NCBI RefSeq assembly: GCF_049060185.1
Contig: NZ_JBMEQO010000002.1
From: Nannocystis pusilla
Lineage (GTDB): Bacteria > Myxococcota_A > Polyangia > Nannocystales > Nannocystaceae
Strand: one strand, 5' to 3'
DNA: 64,000 nucleotides
The notes beneath the pieces were generated by a model that saw only the letters and a program-made list of their open reading frames with translations, was not told the origin of the DNA and did not search any database. The translations under genes were made by a program, and so were the position numbers. How positions within the stretch are numbered: position 1 is the first letter of the stretch; each line of letters opens with the position of its first letter. Below are positions 35,215-46,275 of this stretch, piece after piece.

Positions 35215-35515
35215 GCCGCCGCCACAGCCCCGGCCGTTGCCGGTGATGGCAAAGCGCCACCACCTCGACCCGCCGCCGCTTGCGGTACACGAAGAAGTAC
35301 GGCAGCCCGGCGAGGAACACCGCCGGGTGCCGAACAGATACGGCGGCCAGGCGCGGGGAAATGTGCCATAGCCTCGAGGCCGTGGCGGATGGCCAGTTCG
35401 AGTCGTCGCAGGTGTATGGGGCCGAGTCGGGCGGCGAAGGCGCTGGCCTCCTCGATTTCCCGTTTGGCTTCCGGATGAAGCCCGACTCTTTTCCCAGCTC
35501 ATCATCGCGCGTCAT
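35215..35515 (-). pseudogene. ParE/RelE-family toxin remnant (frameshifted) in a low-GC islet
   Basis: It starts ATGATG at 35515. In two joined frames it reads MSWEK[R]VGLHPEAKREIEEASAFAARLGPIHLRRLELAIRHGLEAMAHFPAPGRR, then LPYFFVYRKRRRVEVVALCHHRQ. This matches the ParE/RelE pattern (PEA..EI..A, P..GR, Y.I.YR...V.V..I.H.R). No clean stop was resolved. Confidence 0.45.
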
Positions 35516-35529
35516 GCTACGAGTTCGAA

Positions 35530-35733
35530 ATGACGAGCGATTCTTTTGCAGACCGCCCGCCGCGATTGCTCACGGACGCTGATGAGGTCACCCTGGGCAA
35601 GGCGCTGAAGCGGCGGATGGCGGAGCTCGACCGCGAAGAGGTCGAGCTCATCCCGGCGGGCCAAGTACTGCGCGAAATCTTCGGCCCTGGCCCGAAGGCG
35701 GAGAAGCGCAAGACCGCGCGCCGTGGGCGTTGA
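35530..35733 (+). CDS. Small basic ORF (67 aa), possible partner of the parE-like gene
   Basis: It is an ATG-initiated ORF in the same low-GC islet, divergent from the parE-like gene. I see no clear antitoxin motif. Confidence 0.3.
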   Translation: MTSDSFADRPPRLLTDADEVTLGKALKRRMAELDREEVELIPAGQVLREIFGPGPKAEKRKTARRGR

Positions 35734-35810
35734 GCCGGCGATCCGCCGAAGTTTGTCCCCGTCGAAGTCGGCAGTTATCCTACATCACCCACACCGGAGT
35801 TTTTGTCGGA

Positions 35811-36192
35811 TGACGCACGAACGACGCCAAGATCGCAGCGAAAACCCCTGGACCGCCGGGGATCTCTACCTTCGGGCCGTTGCCCAGCGGACCGGCCTCG
35901 AGCACCTCACGCTCGCCACCCGCGAGGGCCTGCGCCTCTCCGGCACGGGTGACGAGGACCTCGGCAGCCGCGTCGCCGCGGTCGCTCCCTCTTCGTCGAG
36001 GAGCCCGCGACCCTGCGCGCCGGGATGATCGACGAGCTGACCGACGGCCAGCCGATGCAGGTCTGGCGCGTCACCGTCCGCGACCGCCCCTTCTACCTCA
36101 TCGGCTTCGGCGCCCTCACCGACATGTCCGAGGAGGTCCAGCACGCCTTCGACCGGATCTTCGCTCGTCCAGCCGCGCGCACCTCGAACTGA
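35811..36192 (+). CDS. Hypothetical small protein (~125 aa); one frameshift near 35990
   Basis: It reads MTHERRQDRSENPWTAGDLYLRAV...FYLIGFGALTDMSEEVQHAFDRIF. Confidence 0.4.
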
Positions 36193-36391
36193 GATCGTCA
36201 TCGCGTCACGACGCGCGCTCCGAGAGCCGCGACGATCTTCGTCGCGGCTCTTTGCGTTGGTCGCTGCCCCGCTCGACCTCGCGGGACTTGAGCGATCGAC
36301 CGCGACCTCTCGCGTCCCGCTCGCTCGAGCCCGCATCGCCTCCGAGCAGCGAGCAGCTCTCGCTGCTCCTCGAGCGTGCGACCTCTCGACC

Positions 36392-37290
36392 TCAGGCCGG
36401 GATCACGCACACACCGACGTCGGCGGTGCCCGGCGGTGGGTCGGCGAAGAACGGCACGCAGTCTTCCGAAGGGGCGCAGTCGGCGTCGCCGCCGGACACC
36501 GAGCAGTAGGGCGTGCAGCAGCCCATCGCGCCCATGCAGCCTTCGACCGTCTCGGCGGCCTGGCAGCTGAAGCCGGCCAGGCACGCGTTGGTGTACTCGC
36601 ACGGCGAGTTGTCGTCGCCGACGTTCGCGCCGGGGTCGGGGGTGAAGCAGATGAAGCCGCCGAACGACGAGTCGCCGTAGCAGCCCTGCATGTCTTCGCA
36701 GTCTTGCAGCAGTGGGTCGCACGACTGCAGGCACACCGGCAGCACGCCCTCGTTCGCCGACTCGAGGCAGAGCTCGCCTTCTCCGCACGTGTTGCCTTCG
36801 CCGCAGTACGCCGTGCAGGTCCCGCCCTGCCCGGTGGCGAAGTCGAAGTTCAGGCAGATCGTCCCCTTCGAGCAGTTGTCGAGCCCCGAGAACACCGACT
36901 CGCCCATGTTGATGTTGCACGGGTCCCCGACCGCGCCGGCGTTCATCGGCTCGTCGACGCACTTGTTGGCGTCCCAGTAGTTCGTCGCCATCGAGTCGTA
37001 GGCCACGCACTTCTGGCCTTCGGGACAGTCCTGGATCTTCGGGTTGCACATGCTCTCGCCGCCCTCGGTCGTGGTCGGCGTGTCGGTGCTCGTCTCGCTG
37101 TCGGTCCCGGTGGCGGTCTCGGTGGTGGTCCCGGCGCTCGTCTCGCTGTCGGTCCCGGTGCTCGTCGTCGGCTCCGTGGTCGGAGCGGTCTCGGTCTCTT
37201 TCCCCATCCCGTCGTCGCCGCAGCCTGCGATCAGCAGCGCGCCGACGAGCGCAGTCCTCCCAGCACCTTCGCGCGTCCCGACTTCATCAT
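36392..37290 (-). CDS. Cys-rich secreted lipoprotein; frameshift in signal peptide (~37245)
   Basis: It reads MMKSGRAKVLGGLRSS/ALLIAGCGDDG (lipobox). It has a Thr-rich linker and more than 30 Cys in C..C..C repeats. Confidence 0.6.
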
Positions 37291-37447
37291 GGCGATTTTA
37301 TCGCGAACGGCTCGCGCGGGCGTCAACGCCTGCATCCGCGCCGAGCCGCTTCGTCGCCCGCGCGCGCGGCTCCAGCGCTGTCTTCACTGCAGCGCGGGAA
37401 CGCACGCCTCGGTTTGAGCCACCGTCTCATTCTGATACACTGGCCGA

Positions 37448-38996
37448 ATGGAGCCAGCAGCGCGCAAGAGACCGGCGAAGCCGAGCATCGGGGAGACACC
37501 GCCGCGGCGCACGCGGGTCGATCGCGACAGCGTGCTGTTCGCGCTCGGTGAGCTCGTGCGCCGCGAGGTCGACCTCGACGCCTTGCTGGCGCAGGTCATC
37601 GACACCGTCACCCGGGCCATGGACGCCGACCGCGGCACCTTCTACCTGGTCGATCGGGCCCGCGGCGAGCTGTTCAGCAAGGCCGCGCACTTGCCGGAGC
37701 TGCGCGAGATCCGTCTCAAGGTCGGCCAGGGCATCGCCGGCCACGTCGCGCGCACCGGCGAGGCCATCAACCTCTCGCACACCGAGGGCGACCCGCGGTT
37801 TTACGGCGCCATCGATCGCGCCACCAACTACGCCACGCGCTCGATGCTGTGCGTCCCGGTCCTCGATCGCGCCGGCGAGATCCTCGGCGTCCTCCAGCTC
37901 CTCAACAAGAAGGGCGCCGCCTTCGACGACGACGACGAGGCCTTGCTGCGCGCGCTCGCCAGCCAGGTCGCCATGCTGGTCGAGAGCACCAGTCTTTACG
38001 GCCAGCTGCGGGCCCCCACCGGCGGACCGCTGCGCTACCGCTTCAACGGCGTGGTCGGCGGCGGCGCGCGGATGAGACGCGTCTACGATCTCGTGACACG
38101 GGCGGCGGGCACCGACGCGACCGTCCTCATCACCGGCGAGACCGGCACCGGCAAGGGGCTGATCGCGCGGGCGATCCACTACAACAGCCCGCGCGCCGGG
38201 CGGCCGTTCGTCGCCGTCGACTGCGCCTCGCTGCCGGCCACCTTGATCGAAAACGAGCTCTTCGGCCACGAGCGCGGCGCGTACACCGGGGCCGACCAGC
38301 GCAGCGTCGGCAAGTTCGAGGCCGCCGACGGCGGCACCGTCTTCCTCGACGAGCTCGGCGAGGTCCCGCTCACGCTCCAGAGCAAGCTGCTGCGCGTCCT
38401 GCAGGACCGCGAGTTCGAGCGGGTCGGCGGGCGCAAGACCCTCAAGGTCGACGTCCGGATCCTCGCCGCCACCAACCGCAACCTCGAGGACATGGTCGCC
38501 CGCCAGCGCTTCCGCGAGGACCTCTACTACCGCCTGCGCGTGCTCTCGCTGGCCATGCCGCCGCTGCGCGAGCGCGGCCCCGAGGACCTCGAGCAGCTCG
38601 CCTACCACTTCCTGGCCGGCTTCGCCCAGCGCCACAACAAGCAGGTCGTGCGCTTCTCCCGCCCGCGCTCGCGCGGCTGCACGCCCACAGCTGGCCCGGC
38701 AACATCCGCGAGCTCGAGAACTGCATCGAGGGCGCGGTCGTCCTCAGCGTCGGCGACGCCATCGAAGTCGCCGATCTGCCGCTGCCCGCCGATCCGCGCG
38801 AGCCCCCGGCCGCGGGCCGCAAGGCCGGGCGCGGCGGGCCGACCTCGCCCGGCTGTCTTGGAACGAGATGGAGAAGCTCTACATCGAGGCCGTGCTGGCC
38901 GCCCACGACGGCAACCGCAGCGGCGCCGCCCGGGCCATGGGCATCGGCCGCGCCACCCTCCTGCGCAAGATCAAGACCCTCAAGATCCGCGCCTGA
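37448..38996 (+). CDS. Sigma-54-dependent transcriptional activator (GAF-AAA+-HTH, NtrC family); frameshifts near 38660 and 38850
   Basis: It has a GAF region. Walker A reads GETGTGKG. GAYTG and GGTVFLDE are present, the latter being the ESELFGHEKGAFTGA equivalent. It reads HSWPGNIRELEN. The C-terminal HTH reads AMGIGRATLLRKIK. Confidence 0.85.
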
Positions 38997-39136
38997 CCTC
39001 GGTCCCCGCGGGCCGTTCGCTGCAGGTGCATCGTAACGATCCACCTGCATCGATTTGATACACCTCGCTCCTGTCGCGACCGCGACATCCCTCGTTCACC
39101 CGCGCCACGACTCTGCAGCGGGCCCGTCACGGCGCC

Positions 39137-39152
39137 TGGCACGCCGGCTGCT
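39137..39152 (+). promoter_or_regulatory. Candidate sigma-54 (-24/-12) promoter TGGCACGccggcTGCT upstream of the flotillin gene
   Basis: The GG/GC spacing matches TGGCAC-N5-TTGC. It lies 27 nt upstream of the ATG at 39179. The RBS AGGAG is at 39167-39171. It lies immediately downstream of the sigma54-EBP gene. Confidence 0.5.
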
Positions 39153-39178
39153 AAGGGCTCTCACGCAGGAGTCGAACG

Positions 39179-40747
<1,569 letters not shown>

Positions 40748-40799
40748 GCGACGACCTCGCCGCGACCCACGAGGGCGTCGCTCGCGGCGACGCCCCTCG

Positions 40800-41260
40800 C
40801 GCCGTTCCCCGCGGTCGTTCTCCGACCTGTCTCTCCGGACATCTCGCGCGCTCCGGCCGCGGCTGTATTCAACCTGTCCCTTTGAACATATCGCGCTCCG
40901 ACCGCGCCATATTCGACCTGTCTCTCCGGACATACCGATCGCGCAGATCCACCCGTCATCGTTCAGGTGGATCCCTGCCCCTTCGGACATCCTCGAGGCG
41001 CGGCGCTCACCGGCTCGCCGCCTGTCCCTTCGGACATCCCATCTCCGCTCCCCGGGCGGCGCCTGCGCCTGCGTTCGCGGCTCGCCCGGTCCCTTCGTCG
41101 CCGGACCTGCGACTGTCCCCTCGCCTCGGTCTGCGCGACCTGCCGCGATTGCCGGGCGCGGTCCGGGGTCCAAGTTTGCCTGAACCCTGGATCACCGATG
41201 ACCACGCCAGCTCCGACCTCGGCCGCAGCGCGCTCGACCTGTCTCTACGACATGTCACCA
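40800..41260. repeat. Array of ~7 degenerate ~20-bp units (CGACCTGTCTCTCCGGACAT) plus a hairpin GATCCACC..GGTGGATC in a 490-bp non-coding gap
   Basis: Units lie at about 40826, 40871, 40914, 40982, 41022, 41104 and 41228. Spacing is irregular at 40-120 bp. Confidence 0.7.
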
Positions 41261-41826
41261 TCCTCGTCGCGCTCGCCGCTTGCGACCTCGCGCCGCGGGA
41301 CGGCGACGACCCCGGCACCACCACTGCCGCCTCGACCACCGGCGCCGCGGCCTGCCCGCTCAACGACGCCTGGGAGCCCAACGACGAGCCCGACGATCCG
41401 ACCGACGTCGCCTGGGGCAGCGTCAACGAGTGGTCCGCCTACCACGAGGTCACCGACGCCTACCTCTGCCCCGGCGAGGACGACTGGTACCGCTTCGACA
41501 TCGCCAGCCTCGGCTACGGCCTCCACTACCTCTACGTGCGCGCTCTGGTGAGGGACGCCGGCCTGTGCGGGGCCGCGTGCGGAGAGACGGTGCTCGCGCC
41601 CGGCCCCGACAACGCCATGACCATCGAGGTCTACCGCGCCGACACGCACGAGCCCTTGACCGCGCAGACGGCCGACGGTGGCGTGCTCGCGCTCGGTGGT
41701 TACGGCGACGACTACGCCGGCACCCTGCTGGTCCGCGTCCACAGCGACACCGCGACCGCCGAGTACCCGTATCGCCTGAGCGTCGAGCTCCGCAACTACG
41801 AAGGCGAGGACGAGTGTGAGTGCTGA
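41237..41826 (+). CDS. Lipoprotein with pre-peptidase C-terminal (PPC)-like domain; N-terminus uncertain
   Basis: It reads ILVALAACDLAP (lipobox) ..EPNDEPDDPTDV..DWYRFDI (PPC motif). No clean start codon is found in this frame, so a start-proximal indel is likely. Confidence 0.5.
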
Positions 41827-42842
41827 AGCCTCGCCGGGCGCGTCGCGGCCCTTCTGCTCGCCGGCCTGGCGATCGCCTGCGGCGTCCCGACGCCGACCGG
41901 GACCACCGGCAGCGACGACGAACCCGCCGCGCGCGACCGCGTCGACGTCCACGTCCATCTCGTCGGCGGCGCAGTCGACGAGCTGCTCGCCGCGCTCGAT
42001 CGCAACGCCATCGCCGCCGCCGTCGTGATCGCCTCGCCGCACCTCGATCCCGCGCTCGGCCTCGCTCCCGGCCCCGACGCGCGCATGCACGGCTGGCGCG
42101 AGGCCAACGACGCCCTGCTCGCCGCCACCGCGGCCCACCGCGCGCGCCTGTTCCCGTTCGTCGCCGTCGAGCCGGCCGAGGTCGACATCCCCGCGCTCGA
42201 GGGGTGGTTTCAGGGCGGTGCTCGCGGCGTCAAGCTGTACTTCGGCCACCAGAAGCTGCACGCCCGCCCGCTCGACGACCCAGCCCACGCATCGCTGTTC
42301 GAGTGGCTCGAGCAGCGCTCGGTGCCCGTGCTCGTCCACGTCAACACCGTGCGCTACCGCGACGAGCTCGCCCGCGTGCTGCGGGCCCACCCGCGCCTCG
42401 AGCTGGTCTGCGCCCACCTGTGCGGCAGCCGGACCGACCTCGATCGCCTCGCCGGCCTCCTGCGCGAGTTCCCGCGGCTGCGCGTCGACACCAGCCACGG
42501 CGCCGGCCTGCCCGGCGTCGACGGCTTCACCGCCATCGAAGAGGATCGCGACCGGCTGCGCGCCCTCATCGAGTTCCAGCCCGAGCGGTTCCTGTTCGGC
42601 TCGGACCTCGTGACCGCGCGCGGGCCCCCGGCGACCTCGACGCCGCGCGCGCCTGGGACCTGCAGCTCGCCGCCAACCTCGGCCTGCTCGAGCGCGAGCG
42701 GTTCGAGTTCTGGCGCCACGCCGCCCGGATCGGCGCGCTCACGCCCGGCGTCTACCACGGCCTCGCGCTCCCCGAGCCCGCAGTCTCCCGCGTGCTCGGA
42801 GGCAACGCCCGCGCCTGGCTCGGCGCCTATCGAGCACCGTGA
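41820..42842 (+). CDS. Amidohydrolase-2 (TIM-barrel metal hydrolase) lipoprotein; frameshifts near 41850 and 42620
   Basis: A GTG start overlaps the upstream stop. The signal reads LKPRRARRG/LLLAGLAIACG. The metal motif reads DVHVHL. It also reads GVKLYFGHQ, and its C-terminus lies in the 41820-frame tail. Confidence 0.6.
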   Translation: MLKPRRARRGPSARRPGDRLRRPDADRDHRQRRRTRRARPRRRPRPSRRRRSRRAARRARSQRHRRRRRDRLAAPRSRARPRSRPRRAHARLARGQRRPARRHRGPPRAPVPVRRRRAGRGRHPRARGVVSGRCSRRQAVLRPPEAARPPARRPSPRIAVRVARAALGARARPRQHRALPRRARPRAAGPPAPRAGLRPPVRQPDRPRSPRRPPARVPAAARRHQPRRRPARRRRLHRHRRGSRPAARPHRVPARAVPVRLGPRDRARAPGDLDAARAWDLQLAANLGLLERERFEFWRHAARIGALTPGVYHGLALPEPAVSRVLGGNARAWLGAYRAP

Positions 42843-42845
42843 ACT

Positions 42846-42915
42846 TCAGGACATGTCCCGCGCACTATGCCTGATGGGCCATGCCCTGAAAGAAATGCCC
42901 GATCGGGCATGCCCC
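42846..42915. repeat. Palindromic element trio GGACATGTCC / GGGCCATGCCC / GGGCATGCCC between convergent genes
   Basis: The full motif is exact at 42849-42858. CATG-centred variants lie downstream. Confidence 0.75.
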
Positions 42916-42925
42916 TGAGCGCCGC

Positions 42926-44200
42926 TCACTCGTCGGTCTCTTCGCCCGGATCCGGCTCTTCGGTCCCGAGCTCGAGGTCGACGAGGATCGGGTTGTGGTC
43001 GGACACCAGCTTGCCCTCGGCGACCGGGCGCTCGATCACCTGCGGCTCGCGCGGGCGCAGGCCCTTGCCGGCGAACCAGTCGACGCGCAGCGGCACGCGC
43101 CCGCCCCACGGCGCCAGGCGGCGCTCGAGGTACGTCCACATCACCCGGCGCATCGCCTTGGGCATGTAGTCGAGCGCCTTGCGGAAGATCTCGGGGTCGT
43201 AGATGTCGTAGTAGATGGTCCCGCGGGTGAAGTCGTTGAAGCCGTCGATCTCGAACCCGCCGTCGCGCATCGCCGCGAACACCGCCCGCTCGAAGTGCTC
43301 CTCCGGCTTCATGTACTGGGCCGCCATGCCCTCGATGCCGAAGCGCGTCAGCTTGTAGAAGAAGTTGTAGGCCAGGCCGCGGCCGCTGCTGAGGTCGTAG
43401 GTGTTGGTGTTGAGGTCGCCGCCGAGGAGCATGCGCTCGCCGCCGAACTCGCGCAGGCGGGTGACGATCCCGCGGATGTCGCGGGCGCGGTCGCGGGGTC
43501 CGGCGAACGGATCGAGGTGGACCAGCGCGACCGTCAGCGGCCCGTCGGGCAGCAGCAGCTCGCACAGCAGCGCTCGCTTGTTGCCGATCCGCTTCTCCGT
43601 CGCGTGGAACTTGTCGCGCCGCTCCTGCAGCTCGACCGCCTCGAAGCGGAGCACCGGGAAGCGGGTCAGCAGGGCGCAGCCGTGCATCGCCTTGGTGTTG
43701 GGCACGCCGTGGCCGCGCTCGCCGCGGTCGCCCTCGACCAGCACGAGGTGATAGTTGGCGAACACGTAGCCCATGCCGAGCGCATGGGCGAGCTCCTTCG
43801 GCACGTTGCGGTTGCCCGAGCGGCCCATGCCGATGTCGACCTCGGTCAGCAGCAGCAGGTCGGCCGCCGACAGCTCGGGGTCGGAGGTCAGCAGCGTGTG
43901 GAGGCCGTCGAAGCGCTTGCCGCGCTCGACGTTCCAGGCGACCGCGCGGACGATCCCCGGGCGTCGCGGCGCCAGCGAGTGGCCGAGCGTCGGCTCGAGG
44001 TCCCACTCGAAGCCGCGGAGGACCCGCTCCAGCTGCGGACGGATCGTGCGGAACACCGGGTCTCGCTCCAGGCGGCGGCGGGTGCGGATCCGGGCGATGT
44101 GGGCCAGCGCGTCGGTGAAGTCGTGGTCGAGCTGCGAGCGGAGCGGGAGCGGACCTGGCTCCGAGACCAGGTTAGGATAGGCGAAGGTATTCGTCGGCAC
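42926..44200 (-). CDS. Endonuclease/exonuclease/phosphatase (EEP) family protein
   Basis: It is an intact 424-aa ORF. It reads LLTEVD, GNAILSR-like and SDHNPILVDLEL (C-terminal SDH motif). Confidence 0.7.
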   Translation of the reverse strand: MPTNTFAYPNLVSEPGPLPLRSQLDHDFTDALAHIARIRTRRRLERDPVFRTIRPQLERVLRGFEWDLEPTLGHSLAPRRPGIVRAVAWNVERGKRFDGLHTLLTSDPELSAADLLLLTEVDIGMGRSGNRNVPKELAHALGMGYVFANYHLVLVEGDRGERGHGVPNTKAMHGCALLTRFPVLRFEAVELQERRDKFHATEKRIGNKRALLCELLLPDGPLTVALVHLDPFAGPRDRARDIRGIVTRLREFGGERMLLGGDLNTNTYDLSSGRGLAYNFFYKLTRFGIEGMAAQYMKPEEHFERAVFAAMRDGGFEIDGFNDFTRGTIYYDIYDPEIFRKALDYMPKAMRRVMWTYLERRLAPWGGRVPLRVDWFAGKGLRPREPQVIERPVAEGKLVSDHNPILVDLELGTEEPDPGEETDE

Positions 44201-44361
44201 GCGCCTCCCCGGGTCGGACCTACGCGATCGGTACCAGATCGCAAAGGCGCTGTCCCGGGGTCTGTGCCCGCGCGCCCGGGCATTTTCGATCCGCGGCCCG
44301 TGTGCGCAGTACGCGGGTCGGATCGCCGTGGATCGCCGACGATCGGGGTTATTCTAGTCGC

Positions 44362-45240
44362 ATGTTGCAGCTCGGCCTCGTCGCCCTCCTCGCCTCGCCG
44401 CTCCCGTGGACCGCGCCCGCGCCCGCGCCCGCGCCGATCTACGGCGGCGAGTTGGTCGAGCCGGGCGCGTGGCCGACCGCCGTGGCGATCCTCATGGGCG
44501 ACACCATGTGCACGGGCACGCTCGTCAGCCCGACCGTCGTGCTGACCGCCGCGCACTGCCTCGACAACAACCCCTCGCCCGCGCTCATGCACGTCGTCGT
44601 CGGCGACGACGTGTGGACGAACTACGAGACCTTCGTCTCCGTCGCCTCGCACGGCTCGCACCCCGACTTTTGCGGCACCGACACCGAGGTGTGCAAGGTC
44701 GACATCTGGGACTACGGCTACGTCGTGCTCGAGGAGCCGCTCGTCGGCGTCGAGCCGACGCGGCCGCTCAGCGATCAGGCCGAGTGGGACGCCGCCATGT
44801 ACATCGGCGCCCCGATCACCGTGGTCGGCTTCGGCGACGACGAGAAGAGCCTCAACGGCTTCAAGCGTCAGGTCGACGTCGAGATCGTCCGCTTCAGCCC
44901 GAGCGGCCTCGAGTTCCAGGCCGGCGGCGAGGGCCACGACTCGTGCCAGGGCGACTCCGGCGGCCCTGCGTTCGTCACCCTCCTCTGGCGAGGTCGTGCT
45001 CGCCGGCGTCACCTCGCGCGGCTACACGTGCGGCAAGGGTGGCTTCTACGCCATCCCCTACGCCGCGCTGTGCTGGCTGAACCAAGAGACAGGTGTCGAC
45101 CTGCGCACCGACGCGTGCGAGGCGTGCGACTGCCTGGTGACCGAGCCGAACCGCGACGACGGCTGCGGCTGCGCTGCCGGCGGCGACGCCGGTGGTTCGC
45201 TCGGTCTGATCGTGCTGACGGCGCTGGCCGGGTTCAGAAG
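44362..45240 (+). CDS. Secreted trypsin-like serine protease (S1); frameshift near 44985, 3' end approximate
   Basis: It has a signal peptide. The catalytic residues read TAAHC (His), D and GDSGGP (Ser). Confidence 0.75.
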
Positions 45241-46006
45241 ATCTGGGCGCCGACCCGCACGTACGTCTCGGCGCTGAGGACCTCGAGCAGGCGGTCGTTG
45301 ATCGCCTCGGCGTCGTAGTTCGAGAAGTCGATGCCGCGGAAGAACGCGTCGTAGGTCTTGGCGACCGTCAGCGCCTTGCCGCCCGGCTCCTTGCCGGTGA
45401 TCGTGAGCGGGCGTCCGTCCTCGGCCGTGCTGAGGTCGAGCTCGACGATGCTGGTCTGATTGGTCTGGAACTTCCAGTTGGCGCCTTCGTGGGCGCCGGA
45501 CGGGTCGACCGCCGTACCGGCGAGGTAGACCGTCAGCCCCTCGACCGACGCGTGGCCGTGGAGCTGGTACGGCGTGTCGAACGCCTGCTCGGCCAGCGAC
45601 GACTGGTAGCGGCCGTACTCGACGCGCAGCTTGCAATATGTCCCTTCGGGCAGCTCGACCGAGGCGAAGTCGACGAGGTCCTGATCCTGCGCGAGCTGGT
45701 ACTCGGGGAACGGGCCGTACGGCAGCTCGAAGTCGAAGTCTCGCCGGCGCACGACTCGACCTGCGCCGCGGTCATCACGATCACGCCCTCGGCCAGGTTG
45801 ACCTCCCAGCCCTTGTCGTTGACGAACACGCGGGCGGCGTCGGGCTCGCCGAGGTTGGGCAGGACCCCCTTCTCGTCGCGCGAACCGTGGTGCGAGATGG
45901 CCAGCGAGAGCTTCGTCTTCGGGTCGAGCAGCGCCTCACAGGCCGCCAGGCTCGACATCACAGTGACAGCCGCCAACACTCGCGTCGCGCTCCGCATCAT
46001 CGTCAT
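45234..46006 (-). CDS. Hypothetical lipoprotein; frameshift near 45760
   Basis: It reads MTMMRSATRVLAAVTVMSSLAAC (lipobox). The C-terminal frame is ORF 45234..45752. Confidence 0.5.
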
Positions 46007-46275
46007 AAAGCTGGGGCATCTTATCCATAGATGGCTGTGACGCGGAACTACCGTCCGCGCCCGTGCTCGTGCGCTAGCACGGTGGCGGGGCGAACCTGCA
46101 CCGGCGACGCGAGCGCGGCTGTCGGCGCGGCTACCGGTGCTGCTGGTGATACCGGTTCACGGCCCGGCGGCCCCGAGCCCGCGCCGTGCCCGCCTGGCGC
46201 CCGGGACAGGCGACGCTCCATGTGCGCGTCGCTCCTCCTCCTCCGGCGGCACCAGACACGACGGCCCGTGACCGA

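Noticed and set aside
40800-41260. Possible CRISPR array
   Set aside because: The repeats are about 20 bp and degenerate, with irregular 40-120-bp spacing, and no cas genes are nearby. I treat them as a REP-like or regulatory repeat array.
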